A DNA stretch of 27,102 nt. It comes from a virus. Its lineage: Duplodnaviria > Caudoviricetes. The position numbers and the translations under genes were made by a program. Each line of letters opens with the position of its first letter. Within the stretch, counting starts at the first letter, position 1. This document shows, piece after piece, positions 1-9,661 of this stretch. Below the pieces are notes generated by a model, which was not told the origin of the DNA, searched no databases, and saw only the letters and a program-made list of their open reading frames with translations. Where the stretch lies: positions 1-27,102 of IMG/VR virus record IMGVR_UViG_3300020411_003416. The stretch is one strand, 5' to 3'.

Positions 1-389
1 TAATAGATCCTGATCCTGAATCACCTACTTATCAGCAAGTAGTTGATATTATTGTTCTTACTCCTGGTGAAAATTATCCAGTTAAAGATGATCAAAAACC
101 TGTTATAGTTGATCATGTGTCTGTTATTGAACCTGGTGAAGAATATGATAAGGATGATACGGTTATAGATTCTGCAGGTAATGAGTACTCTGTAATTGTT
201 GATGATTTTGGTAGAATTGTTAATGTAACTATACCACCTTCTTCATCAGTAAATGTAGCAGAAATAATAGAATTCCCTGAACTTACAGTACAGACTAAAA
301 CTGGTTTTGGTGCAATATTAAGAGCACAATTGAAACCAAGACCTGAATATCAAGGTGAAGTTAAGCAAGTTATTGACTGTATTGGTTGA
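1..389 (+). CDS. 3' end of a 5'-truncated virion protein, probably the cyanomyovirus gp5-like baseplate hub protein
   Basis: Frame 3 is open from base 3 (IDPDPESPTYQQVVDIIVLTPGENYP...) to TGA at 387-389, so the track start at 117 is internal. It ends ...KQVIDCIG. The product is inferred from context (gp5-C-like gene follows) and recalled similarity to cyanophage baseplate proteins. Confidence 0.5.
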   Translation, partial: IDPDPESPTYQQVVDIIVLTPGENYPVKDDQKPVIVDHVSVIEPGEEYDKDDTVIDSAGNEYSVIVDDFGRIVNVTIPPSSSVNVAEIIEFPELTVQTKTGFGAILRAQLKPRPEYQGEVKQVIDCIG

Positions 390-390
390 A

Positions 391-397
391 ATAAATA
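391..397 (+). promoter_or_regulatory. T4-type late promoter (ATAAATA)
   Basis: Intergenic ATAAATA 20 nt before the ATG at 418; matches the gp55-dependent TATAAATA core. Confidence 0.7.
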
Positions 398-417
398 GAA
401 AGGTAAGGTATTAGAAT

Positions 418-951
418 ATGACAAAACAACCAAGTTGGCAAAAAAGACAGGTTGATTCTTTTGGTGATTTTAAGATTGAATATGGAAATCCTTCAAGTCA
501 TTTAGGTGGACCTGCTGTTTTCAGCATGGTTGGTAATGGTGCTGGTGGAACTGCTAAACTTGGATTGAGAGAAAGTGGAACTTTTGATATTATGGTCGAT
601 CAGACTGTAAAGATTACTGGTGCTGCTAATAATCAGAGACCTGATGGATATAATGGTGTTGAAATTGTCTCAATGGAAGGTGGAGTTGCTATTACTTGCC
701 AAAAAGGAACTCTTAAACTAATTGCTGCAAATATAGAAGTTGTTTCTGGTAGTAACATACATTTTAAAGCAAGTGGAAAAATTACAAATGATGCTGATCA
801 TGTTCATTTTCACGTTAGAGATTTAGATGTGGATCCTGGTAAGAGATTTATGGGTAACTCTAAAAGAGGTGATATTGTTGTTAGAGAGGCTGGATTCTTG
901 CACAAATGTTATAAGAATACTGATGTAAAAGATCATAAGAGAGCCAACTAA
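418..951 (+). CDS. Putative baseplate spike protein, gp5 C-terminal beta-helix-like (177 aa)
   Basis: Short alternating-hydrophobic beta repeats with ~8-aa period (VAITCQKG TLKLIAAN IEVVSGSN IHFKASGK ITNDADH) resemble the gp5/VgrG C-terminal spike. AAGG precedes the ATG and the stop is coupled to the next gene (TAATG). Confidence 0.5.
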   Translation: MTKQPSWQKRQVDSFGDFKIEYGNPSSHLGGPAVFSMVGNGAGGTAKLGLRESGTFDIMVDQTVKITGAANNQRPDGYNGVEIVSMEGGVAITCQKGTLKLIAANIEVVSGSNIHFKASGKITNDADHVHFHVRDLDVDPGKRFMGNSKRGDIVVREAGFLHKCYKNTDVKDHKRAN

Positions 952-3900
952 TGACCGAAGAAACAAATTTTTCAGGAATAAACGACGGTGATAATTTTGG
1001 TGTCAGTAATGTTGCTGAATTTTATAATGACGTTCATGTTTATGGAAAATTATATGCTGATCTAGTTGGTGGGTTAAGTGGAGATGGTAGTCAAGGATTA
1101 ACTGTAGAAAGTTTAATTGTTAATAATAATGCTTTTTTTAATAGTGATGTATCCATAGAAGGTCTTCTTGATGCTGATTACCTTACAGTTTTTCAGAGAT
1201 TAGATGTTGGTGCTGGTGGAACAGTTTTTACTGCTATATCTACTACTAATGGAAGGAATGGTCAGGGACAAACGGGAGGTCGGGTTGGTATAGGTAGTAC
1301 ACAACCAGATGCTTTATTCCAAGTTGGAGAGAAACTTACTTCTCTTATTGTTACTGATAGTGGTAATGTTGGCTTGGGTTCTACGACACCTGGAGCACGT
1401 TTCCAAGTTGGTTCTGAATGTTTAATTGTTAATACTGATCCTTGTTCAGTAGGAATAGGAACGACTTTACCTGCACAAAAATTCCAAGTTAAAACTGGTA
1501 CACAAGGAGCAGTTATAAGTGATTCTGGACAAGTTGGTGTAAGAACCTCTATGTTCGAGGGGACAGAAGTCTTTAAAGTAAATTCAAAAGATAATTCATT
1601 CGTTATTACTGATACTGGTAATGTTGGTATTGGTAGTCTAGATCCTACTGCAATTCCTGGTTATAATGTTGCCGATGGAATTATAAAATTAAATGTAGAG
1701 GGATCAGTTAAGATTGATCGAAATATAATTGACTCTTCAGATTCTCCAGGTGTAAATGGATATTATTTGAATAGAGATGGAAATGGTATTCGTTGGGTGC
1801 AAGCATCTCCAGTTTCTTTGGATGGAATGTATGTCCAAGATGAGGGAGTAGATTTACCTGTAGGTGGCACAGCACAATTATTCCAATGGTTAAACTTCCA
1901 AGAACTTAATAGTCTTGGTGTTGGAACTGATACTACCTATGCAGAACCTAATCCTGGTAATCCAACTGCTATTGCTAACATCTATACTAGAGATCTATGG
2001 GGATTTAGTGGAACTGGTAACAATGCTCCAGTTTATAGAATGACTAATGTTGGTATTAAGAATAATAATCCAGCAGTAGAACTAGATGTAACAGGAGAAC
2101 TTCATGTAACTGGTAATGTTGATTTTGATTCAGAATTAAATGTTGATGGTAATACCTTCTTAAATGCTGATTTAGATGTTGACGGTCTTACTACCTTTAA
2201 TAATACTACTGATGCAACATCGACTACAAGTGCATCTGTTCAGTTAGATGGTGGATTAGGTATTGTAAAACAGATTTATGTTGGTGGAGTTGCAAGAATA
2301 CAAGATTCAACTGATTCTTCAAGTTGTACTACAGGTGCTTTAACGGTTGCTGGTGGTGTAGGTATTTCTAAGAAATTGAATGTTTGTGGTGATCAAAAGA
2401 TTACTTCAGCAACAGAATCTACAAACTGTACTACAGGTGCTTTAGTAGTTACTGGTGGTGTTGGTATTTCTAAGAACTTGAATGTTTGTGGTGATGTAGA
2501 TATCTACGGTACAACACAGTCAGTAGATAAGAATAGTGGTGCATTAGTTGTTGAAGGTGGTGTAGGAATTGAGAAGAACTTAAATGTAGGTCAGAATACA
2601 AAACTCACAGGTAGTCTAGAATTAGAAAGTAGACTAATTGATAAGTTTAATAGTAATGGTGTTGGTATATGTAAGACAGATTATAGATTATCTTCCTTTG
2701 ATGTATCTGGTGTTGGTGTTGGTGTATCTTGGAGACCACCTGGCGTTCAAACTAAGAAAACTATTTGGGTTACTAAGAATGGATGCGATACTAATAGTGG
2801 ATTATTAGAAGGTGATGCAAAATATACTATAGCTGCTGCAGCAGAAGTAGCACAAATGGGTGATACTATTAAAGTTCGTTCTGGTGTTTACTATGAGAAT
2901 AACCCAATTGGATTAAGAACTGATGTTGCAATCTCAGGTGAAGATTTAAGATTAGTTACTGTAGTACCTGAGAATACAAGTAAAGATTTCTTCCACGTTA
3001 GAAATGGATGTTTGGTTGAGAATATTAGTTTCAAAGGATCTGGTGGAACAGAAACACTTCATCATGGTTTAGCAGCAGTTGCTTTCCCACCTACTGATGC
3101 TGCTGACCAAGCGGTTACTGGATATATTGAACTTGGTCCATCTAATGAAGGACCTAATGGTAGATATAAGAGTCCTTATGTTAGAAACTGTACTAACTTT
3201 ATGACTGGTAGTATTGGAATGAAGATTGATGGAAATCATGTAGGTGCTGCTTATACTGGAACTAATAATCTAGGACAGGATTTGAAGAGTATGGTTTGCG
3301 ATGCCTTTACTCAATATAATGAGGCTGGTATTGGTGTTTCAATTACTAATAAAGGATATGCACAGTTAGTTTCTATCTTTACTATTGGGTGTGAGAAAGC
3401 AATTTATTGTGATAGTGGTGGACAGTGTGATCTTACAAACTCTAACTCATCATTCGGTAAGTTTGGATTAGTTGCTGATGGCACAAGTGGTGTTGAATTT
3501 GATGGAACTCTAAGTGCTAAGATGGAAGCTGAGGCTGATAAGATAGAAGTTACTAATTGTCAAGATCAAAGCAATAATAATAGAACTCCTTTTGATGGAC
3601 AGGGTGCATACTTCCACTTAGATATGAATGATTACCCAGATACAATTTCAACTGCATCGATAACTGAACCATTACAAACTATTAGATCTATTGTAGTTGT
3701 GAATGGTGGTAATCCTGGTGATTATTCTGCATCTGCACCTCCTCTTATTACTGCTACTTTACCTTTAGGACCAGAAGCAATTATTGCTGAGTTTTCTCCA
3801 AATGTAAGTGCTGCTGGAACGATCACTTCTGTTGATGTTATTGCTAGTGGTAGAAACTTCTTACCTACTCAGAATGTTGTAATGAGTATATCTGGTAGTG

Positions 3901-4328
3901 GTAATGCTCAGTTGACAGCAGATATGGATCCGATTCTATATACTGTGGATGAGGCAACCGAAGTTACTAATACTGGTGGAACAACAGTAACCTTTAATGA
4001 ATTTATTCCTTATGAAGTAAAATCTACTGCAAAAGTTGAATTTGTTAGGTTGAGTAGAATCATAACCAGTTCACATTCATTTGAATATGTGGGTGCAGGT
4101 GTAGATATAAATACAGCTAACCCATTCCAGGCTGGAAAACCAATACCCGAAAATGAAGTTGTTGCCATTAATGGTGGTCAAGTTCCCTTCACAAGTACGG
4201 ATCAAAAAGGTAATTTTAGAATTGGTGATGGATTGACTATTGATCAAACAACGTCTACAATACGAGGTAGAGATTTCAATAGAGCAATACAAGCACAATT
4301 AACACCACTTATATTAGCGTTAAGATAA
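951..4328 (+). CDS. Large virion structural/tail fibre protein (1125 aa): N-terminal fibre repeats plus C-terminal beta-helix-like domain
   Basis: Contains VGIG(S/T)TxP..FQV repeats, four S..TGAL.V.GGVGI.K.LNV-type fibre repeats, then a domain (IWVTKNGCD..., SPYVRNCT, SMVCDAFTQ, TNSNSSFG, SSHSFEYVG) paralogous to 16108..21801. Confidence 0.8.
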   Translation: MTEETNFSGINDGDNFGVSNVAEFYNDVHVYGKLYADLVGGLSGDGSQGLTVESLIVNNNAFFNSDVSIEGLLDADYLTVFQRLDVGAGGTVFTAISTTNGRNGQGQTGGRVGIGSTQPDALFQVGEKLTSLIVTDSGNVGLGSTTPGARFQVGSECLIVNTDPCSVGIGTTLPAQKFQVKTGTQGAVISDSGQVGVRTSMFEGTEVFKVNSKDNSFVITDTGNVGIGSLDPTAIPGYNVADGIIKLNVEGSVKIDRNIIDSSDSPGVNGYYLNRDGNGIRWVQASPVSLDGMYVQDEGVDLPVGGTAQLFQWLNFQELNSLGVGTDTTYAEPNPGNPTAIANIYTRDLWGFSGTGNNAPVYRMTNVGIKNNNPAVELDVTGELHVTGNVDFDSELNVDGNTFLNADLDVDGLTTFNNTTDATSTTSASVQLDGGLGIVKQIYVGGVARIQDSTDSSSCTTGALTVAGGVGISKKLNVCGDQKITSATESTNCTTGALVVTGGVGISKNLNVCGDVDIYGTTQSVDKNSGALVVEGGVGIEKNLNVGQNTKLTGSLELESRLIDKFNSNGVGICKTDYRLSSFDVSGVGVGVSWRPPGVQTKKTIWVTKNGCDTNSGLLEGDAKYTIAAAAEVAQMGDTIKVRSGVYYENNPIGLRTDVAISGEDLRLVTVVPENTSKDFFHVRNGCLVENISFKGSGGTETLHHGLAAVAFPPTDAADQAVTGYIELGPSNEGPNGRYKSPYVRNCTNFMTGSIGMKIDGNHVGAAYTGTNNLGQDLKSMVCDAFTQYNEAGIGVSITNKGYAQLVSIFTIGCEKAIYCDSGGQCDLTNSNSSFGKFGLVADGTSGVEFDGTLSAKMEAEADKIEVTNCQDQSNNNRTPFDGQGAYFHLDMNDYPDTISTASITEPLQTIRSIVVVNGGNPGDYSASAPPLITATLPLGPEAIIAEFSPNVSAAGTITSVDVIASGRNFLPTQNVVMSISGSGNAQLTADMDPILYTVDEATEVTNTGGTTVTFNEFIPYEVKSTAKVEFVRLSRIITSSHSFEYVGAGVDINTANPFQAGKPIPENEVVAINGGQVPFTSTDQKGNFRIGDGLTIDQTTSTIRGRDFNRAIQAQLTPLILALR

Positions 4329-4329
4329 T

Positions 4330-5322
4330 ATGGCAATAGCACCAGTAAATAAGTTTATTAATATTGCCGTTCCTGTTGCACCAGGTGTGCAGAAACTTTA
4401 TGAAGTTCCAACAGGAACTTCTGCTTTATTATTGTATGCACAAGTATCTAATGTTGCTGCTGGAACAACTTATCCTACAACTACATTTTGGCAAAGAAGA
4501 ACTCAAAGAAGTACGGGTAGCGAAAGAGACGTAAGAATTATAAAGGAAGCAGAGATACCACCACAGGATGCATTAATAATGGTGGATGGTAGAATAGTAT
4601 TAGAAAAAACACCATTAGTAGTTGATAGTTTATACATTCGTGGAACCCAACAAGGTGTTGGTATTATTACTGATGTTCAATATGATGAACCATCAGGGAT
4701 TGCTACAGTTCAAACTCAGATAAAGCATGGATTTAATGTTGGTGATCAAATTAGTATGGGTGGAATGTATTTCACTTGTCCAAGTTATTCTGGTATAACA
4801 ACTAATATTTTCCCAGATCCTCAAAGATCTTATGTTGTAGATACGGTTGATGGTAATGTTGGAACTTCTAAGACATTTTCAATTGATATTGGTGGTGCTA
4901 GTGGAAATGAACACGTTTATAGTACAGCAATTCATAGATTTGTTAGAGCAGTTCCTCAGTGTATAGAGGTAGTTTCTAGTTCAAGTGTAGCAGTAGGAAC
5001 AAAGTTTAATGTAAGTACTGCAGATTACACTGGAAGTACAGGAGAAATAACTTTAAATATTGGAAATAATGGTTTATCAAATGGAGATACGATTAAGATA
5101 GCAGATAATTCTATAGTATTCACTTGCACGATGGATAATCATTATAGTGAACATTCTTATCCTAGAGCAACAGATCCAGCATCTAATACACCATTAACAC
5201 TTGCTATTGCTGTTGCAAATGAATCAATTCGGGTTCAAGTTGGTAAGTCAAGTGCTGGTGGATATGTTGCTCCACTAGAGATGGAACTAATAGCAAGTAT
5301 CCTAGAGAATAGTAATGTCTAA
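4330..5322 (+). CDS. Virion structural/adaptor protein (330 aa) with two internal beta-barrel-like repeats
   Basis: Long ORF starting 1 nt after the upstream stop. Two related segments: [33 protein letters not shown] and [34 protein letters not shown]. Confidence 0.7.
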   Translation: MAIAPVNKFINIAVPVAPGVQKLYEVPTGTSALLLYAQVSNVAAGTTYPTTTFWQRRTQRSTGSERDVRIIKEAEIPPQDALIMVDGRIVLEKTPLVVDSLYIRGTQQGVGIITDVQYDEPSGIATVQTQIKHGFNVGDQISMGGMYFTCPSYSGITTNIFPDPQRSYVVDTVDGNVGTSKTFSIDIGGASGNEHVYSTAIHRFVRAVPQCIEVVSSSSVAVGTKFNVSTADYTGSTGEITLNIGNNGLSNGDTIKIADNSIVFTCTMDNHYSEHSYPRATDPASNTPLTLAIAVANESIRVQVGKSSAGGYVAPLEMELIASILENSNV

Positions 5323-7138
5323 GAGATACCTAAGTGGGCGGGTTAAACGATTACCGCAAGATCAATTAAAAGATGATAGATATAAGTATCTTGGTTTAGA
5401 TCAGGCAGAACCAAACCTTGCTGATCCAATTACAACACCTGCAGTTCCTTCTGGTCAACAGTATCAGTTGGTTGCTATTCCTGGTTTTGAAGGTAAGAGA
5501 TATTGGGTTCCTGTTGGTGGTGGATTAATTCCAGGTGCTATTAGTGTATATGATGAAGGAGTTCTTGTTAGTGCTGCAAGTAGTATTACCCAACTTAATT
5601 TTGTTGGAGCAGCAGTAACAGCACAAGTAGATGTTCAAAATCCTTCAGGGCATCCAGGTATTGCTGCAACAGTTACAGTTGTACCTGTTACAATTGGTTC
5701 TGATCCTCCAGTTAATCCTATTCATGGAGAATTATGGTGGGAAGATGATATTGGAGACTTATGTATTTACTATAATGATGGTGATACTAGTCAATGGGTT
5801 ACTGTAGTTGCTAGTGGAAATGGTGGAGGTCCCACAGGTCCTGCTGGTCCTCCAGGTCCAACTGGATTAACTGGTCCTTCTGGTCCTCCAGGTCCTGCAT
5901 CTACAGTACCAGGACCTCCTGGTCCTACAGGTGATGATGGTCCTCCTGGTCCTTCAGGTCCTCCTGGTGCTGATGGTAATGATGGTGCTCCAGGTCCTAG
6001 TGGTGGTCCTGGTCCAGATGGTCCTGCTGGTCCTCCAGGTAATGATGGTCCTCCAGGACCTCCAGGTCCAAGTGGTGGTCCTCCAGGTCCTGCTGGTCCT
6101 CCAGGTCCAAGTGGTCCTCCAGGTAATGACGGTGGATCTGGTACTCCAGGTCCTCCAGGTAATGATGGTCCTCCAGGTCCTCCAGGTCCAAGTAATGGTC
6201 CGACTGGTCCTGCTGGTCCTCCAGGTCCTCCAGGTAATGACGGTGGATCTGGTACTCCAGGTTCTCCAGGTCCAAGTGGTCCTCCAGGACCTCCAGGTCC
6301 AAGTGGTGGTCCTCCAGGTCCTGCTGGTCCTCCAGGTCCTCCAGGTGCTGACGGTGATGATTCAACAACACCAGGACCTCCAGGTCCTCCAGGTGCTGAT
6401 GGTTCTGATGGTGGTAGTGGTCCTCCAGGTCCATCTGGTCCTCCAGGTTCAGGTGGTAGTCCTGGTCCTTCTGGTCCTCCAGGTCCTCCAGGACCTCCAG
6501 GTTCAGGTGGAACAGCAAATACCGATCCAGCATTTGACATATACGTAAGAAATACTCAAACAACTCCATCAACTATATCAGTTACTTTTGATACTACTGA
6601 TTATGATAGTTGGTTAGTTATCGTTACCTCTGGAGGAGGTGGCGGTGGCGGTGGTTCTTCCAGTGGAAACTCTGGTGGAGGAGGAGGCGGTGGCGGTACA
6701 GCCATTCGTAGATATTCTGCTGCAGAAATGGGTAATGGTCAGTGTACTTTATTTGTTGGTCAAGGTGGGTCTGCTGGATCTGGTGGAGGTAATGGATCTG
6801 CTGGTCAGTATTCTCAGTTCTATCCAAACTCAAGTCAGTATGCTATAACTGCTTATCCTGGTCAAGGTGGTAGTGGTGGTAATAACGGTGCTCTTGTTGC
6901 TGGTGGTGGAGGAGGAGTTGGATATGGTGATATAAATTCCTTTGGTGGTGAAGGTACTCCTGGTGCTGGTGGAGAAACTGGTAGAGGTGGAGAAACTTAT
7001 TGGGGTGGTGGTCACAACTGGACTCCTGGTGGAGGTGGAAGAGGAGTTCAGGGTGGTGGTAATCCTATAGGAATAAATGATGGAAGACCAGGACAGATTG
7101 TAGTTTTTTCATATAAGAAGAGTAAGTTTACCGTTTAA
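5315..7138 (+). CDS. Collagen-like tail fibre A (607 aa) with glycine-rich C-terminal tip domain
   Basis: N-terminal anchor, a PPx[18 protein letters not shown] motif (5702-5800), ~75 G-X-Y triplets (~5825-6510), then a polyglycine domain ([15 protein letters not shown]...[11 protein letters not shown]). Confidence 0.85.
   Translation: MSKRYLSGRVKRLPQDQLKDDRYKYLGLDQAEPNLADPITTPAVPSGQQYQLVAIPGFEGKRYWVPVGGGLIPGAISVYDEGVLVSAASSITQLNFVGAAVTAQVDVQNPSGHPGIAATVTVVPVTIGSDPPVNPIHGELWWEDDIGDLCIYYNDGDTSQWVTVVASGNGGGPTGPAGPPGPTGLTGPSGPPGPASTVPGPPGPTGDDGPPGPSGPPGADGNDGAPGPSGGPGPDGPAGPPGNDGPPGPPGPSGGPPGPAGPPGPSGPPGNDGGSGTPGPPGNDGPPGPPGPSNGPTGPAGPPGPPGNDGGSGTPGSPGPSGPPGPPGPSGGPPGPAGPPGPPGADGDDSTTPGPPGPPGADGSDGGSGPPGPSGPPGSGGSPGPSGPPGPPGPPGSGGTANTDPAFDIYVRNTQTTPSTISVTFDTTDYDSWLVIVTSGGGGGGGGSSSGNSGGGGGGGGTAIRRYSAAEMGNGQCTLFVGQGGSAGSGGGNGSAGQYSQFYPNSSQYAITAYPGQGGSGGNNGALVAGGGGGVGYGDINSFGGEGTPGAGGETGRGGETYWGGGHNWTPGGGGRGVQGGGNPIGINDGRPGQIVVFSYKKSKFTV
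6046..6339 (+). repeat. Perfect direct repeats inside the collagen A coding region
   Basis: 63-bp exact copies at 6046-6108 and 6277-6339; 39-bp exact copies at 6113-6151 and 6224-6262, on a background of GGT-CCT-CCA triplet repeats. Confidence 0.85.
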
Positions 7139-7140
7139 TT

Positions 7141-7671
7141 ATGAGTTTTCTAGACGATTTTAAAAAAACAGATCTTCAACATCAAGCTGATGCTGATACT
7201 GTTCAAACTAATATAAGAGCTGGTATTGGAACCACTTACATAGATTTTGCTATAGTTGACAATTCTACTAGTTTAGTAGCAACTACTATAGTGGGTTATG
7301 CAGATACATCCAAGAATCCAACTTGTACTGAAATGGGTTTTACTGAACATCATTTCGTTGCTATTGGTGCTACTTATCGTGGTGAATTTGCTGGTATTCC
7401 AAATCGGTGCTTAGTAAGACCTGATTGGAAATATACTGATGCTGGTGGATTTTTTGATCCAGTTGATTATACAGAAGCATGGACAAAGGGTATGAGAGAA
7501 ACTAGAGATAAAAGATTAGCAGAATCTGATTGGACTCAATCGGCAACAGATAGCACATTATCTTCTAGTAAGAAGACTGAGTGGGCTACTTATAGACAGG
7601 CACTAAGAGACTTACCTGCTAATACTACAGATATTGCTAATCCTCCTTGGCCGACAAAACCATCAACTTAA
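7141..7671 (+). CDS. Tail fibre assembly chaperone (Phage_tail_APC-like C-terminal domain), 176 aa
   Basis: C-terminal RETRDKRLAESDWTQ...WATYRQALRDLP...WPTKP signature; lies directly after a fibre gene. Confidence 0.85.
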   Translation: MSFLDDFKKTDLQHQADADTVQTNIRAGIGTTYIDFAIVDNSTSLVATTIVGYADTSKNPTCTEMGFTEHHFVAIGATYRGEFAGIPNRCLVRPDWKYTDAGGFFDPVDYTEAWTKGMRETRDKRLAESDWTQSATDSTLSSSKKTEWATYRQALRDLPANTTDIANPPWPTKPST

Positions 7672-7672
7672 A

Positions 7673-7679
7673 ATAAATA
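7673..7679 (+). promoter_or_regulatory. T4-type late promoter (ATAAATA)
   Basis: Intergenic, followed by AGAGG and the ATG at 7700. Confidence 0.7.
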
Positions 7680-7699
7680 AAGAGGTATAATAATACAGT

Positions 7700-9241
7700 A
7701 TGCCAAGAATTGATTTTCCAGCTAATCCTAATGTAGGTCAAGATTATTCCTACAATAACTCCATTTGGAGATGGGATGGTTATGTCTGGAGAAGAATTCC
7801 TGATCCAGGTGCTCCAGGTCAAACAGGTCCTGCTGGTGCTCCAGGTTTAACAGGTCCTGCAGGTCCAAATGGTCCTCCAGGTCCAGTTGGTCCTCCAGGT
7901 CCTGCTGGTGGTCCTCCAGGTCCTCCAGGTGACGATGGTGCAGATGGTTCTCCTGGTCCTCAAGGTCCTCCAGGTATTGGTGGTCCAACTGGTCCAACTG
8001 GTCCTGCTGGTTCTCCAGGTCCTCCAGGTCCTGTAGGTCCTTCAAATCCAGGTCCCACAGGTCCTGAAGGTCCGACTGGTCCAACTGGTCCTACAGGTCC
8101 TCCAGGTCCTACTGGTCCAGGTAATACAGGAACTATTGATAGTGTAAAGCAATATAGAACTCCTGGTGTAGAGAGAAGTTGTGAAAGCCCGATCTTTGTA
8201 GTTAATAATAATACAATAGGTATTGGATCGACAAGTAACGCTTACGGAAATAGATTTGCTCAGAACGATGATCCTACTACTTCTGCTGGTGGTAGTTGGA
8301 ATGTATGTGATGGGGATTTATGGTATGATATGGACTCTGGTGCTGGTGGTGGACCTGGTCCTGCTGGTCCTCCAGGTCCATCTGGTCCAGCAGGTCCTCC
8401 AGGTCCAGCAGGTCCTCCAGGTTCAGGTGGTGGTGCGAATGTAGAAACATCTGATGTTCCACCAAGTAATCCTAGTGATGGTGATCTTTGGTGGGATTCT
8501 GTTAATGGACGATTAAATGTATATTACCAAGATGCTGATAGTTCACAGTGGGTTAGTTCTAATGGAGTAGGAATTGGTTCAACAGGTCCAGCAGGTCCTC
8601 CTGGTCCGACTGGTCCTGCTGGTCCTCCAGGAACTGGTAGCATATCAGATAAAATAGAAGAGGGTAATAGTAAAGTAGAAGTTATTGATACTGGAGTTGG
8701 TTTAGGTACTGTTTTTGTTAATACAGAGGGTACTGATCGTTGGGAATTTACCCATCAAGGTCATCTTCTTCCAATAGCACATGAAACTTATGATATAGGT
8801 TCAGCAGATCAAAAAGTTAGACATTTATTCTTATCAGATAATAGTATAAAATTTGTTAAGAGTAATGGTACAATTAATTCATTAGGAATATACACAGGTA
8901 CTGATCAATTAACTTGGACTGGATCATATGGTTTTATGAATTTAAGTGGGCATATTATTCCCACTGATAATGCACAGTATGATCTAGGTAATGCAGAATA
9001 TAAGATTAGACATTTATTCTTATCAGATAATAGTTTAAAATTTGTAGGTGCTGATGATGTTGTACGTGCAGTTGGTATTACCAATGGTAATTTAACCTAT
9101 ATGGGTAATCAATTATTAACAGTTCAACTTGATAGTCCTCAATCTGGGCATATTTTAGAGTATAATGGAACAGTATGGGCAAACAAGGCTAATACTGCAA
9201 GTTCTGCTTCATTTCAAAGTAATTGGCATATCCCTCTCTAA
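7700..9241 (+). CDS. Collagen-like tail fibre B (513 aa)
   Basis: N-terminal FPANP...WRWDGYVW motif, three collagen segments, a truncated GDLWYD motif, a full [16 protein letters not shown] motif, two GH..P....YD.G....RHLFLSDNS repeats, and C-terminal WHIPL. Confidence 0.85.
   Translation: MPRIDFPANPNVGQDYSYNNSIWRWDGYVWRRIPDPGAPGQTGPAGAPGLTGPAGPNGPPGPVGPPGPAGGPPGPPGDDGADGSPGPQGPPGIGGPTGPTGPAGSPGPPGPVGPSNPGPTGPEGPTGPTGPTGPPGPTGPGNTGTIDSVKQYRTPGVERSCESPIFVVNNNTIGIGSTSNAYGNRFAQNDDPTTSAGGSWNVCDGDLWYDMDSGAGGGPGPAGPPGPSGPAGPPGPAGPPGSGGGANVETSDVPPSNPSDGDLWWDSVNGRLNVYYQDADSSQWVSSNGVGIGSTGPAGPPGPTGPAGPPGTGSISDKIEEGNSKVEVIDTGVGLGTVFVNTEGTDRWEFTHQGHLLPIAHETYDIGSADQKVRHLFLSDNSIKFVKSNGTINSLGIYTGTDQLTWTGSYGFMNLSGHIIPTDNAQYDLGNAEYKIRHLFLSDNSLKFVGADDVVRAVGITNGNLTYMGNQLLTVQLDSPQSGHILEYNGTVWANKANTASSASFQSNWHIPL
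8817..9034 (+). repeat. Internal tandem domain duplication in fibre B
   Basis: 29-bp exact repeat TTAGACATTTATTCTTATCAGATAATAGT at 8817-8845 and 9006-9034 (189 nt = 63 aa apart), encoding RHLFLSDNS twice. Confidence 0.9.
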
Positions 9242-9251
9242 ATAGTAAATA
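9238..9251 (+). promoter_or_regulatory. Late promoter(s): CTAAATA overlapping the fibre B stop, plus GTAAATA
   Basis: TAAATA cores at 9239-9244 and 9246-9251, upstream of the ATG at 9266. Confidence 0.6.
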
Positions 9252-9265
9252 GGTAATTTAAAATT

Positions 9266-9661
9266 ATGGCAGCAACAGTATATACAGGATCTGGAGATTG
9301 GAGTTACACCAATAGTACTGGTGGGAATGTTCGTGTGATTGTCGCATATTGCTGGAATAATCAAACGAACTATACTAATGATGAAGGAATAACACAAATT
9401 GTCAATGGAATTACGATTGGTCAGGCTACTAGTGGAACTAATCAGTATTTTAGAGGTTTTGGTAAGCATATAACTTATTATGATTATATAACAGGTTCTT
9501 CAGGTACTTCTTTGCAGATGAAAAATATTTCTGGTAATGTAAATGGAACTTTTGCAGATGAATTTTTTCTTGCCAATGGGCAAACTGCTGCACTTCAGTC
9601 TACTGATGGTGGTAAACCAATAAAGGCATATAATATTATGGTTATACCAGAGGGTAATTAA
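9266..9661 (+). CDS. Small beta-rich protein (131 aa), putative tip/receptor-binding partner of fibre B; paralog of 12186..12611
   Basis: Shares ATVYxG, YxNxTGxNVRxxxxY, GK, F..E..L..G and YN...I.E motifs with 12186..12611. Confidence 0.7.
   Translation: MAATVYTGSGDWSYTNSTGGNVRVIVAYCWNNQTNYTNDEGITQIVNGITIGQATSGTNQYFRGFGKHITYYDYITGSSGTSLQMKNISGNVNGTFADEFFLANGQTAALQSTDGGKPIKAYNIMVIPEGN

Noticed and set aside
5825-6510. CRISPR-like or non-coding tandem repeat array
   Set aside because: Repeats have 9-nt coding periodicity with no unique spacers; they encode G-X-Y triplets.
5791-6572. Antisense and alternate-frame ORFs over collagen A (GGP-rich, VLQ-rich and LEDH-rich)
   Set aside because: Shadows of GGT-CCN repeats, which lack stops in other frames and read Gly/Pro on the reverse strand; no independent signals.
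7651-7691. sigma70 promoter from CCGACA (7651-7656) and TATAAT (7686-7691)
   Set aside because: Spacer is 29 nt and TATAAT is only 8 nt from the ATG; the late element at 7673 explains the region better.
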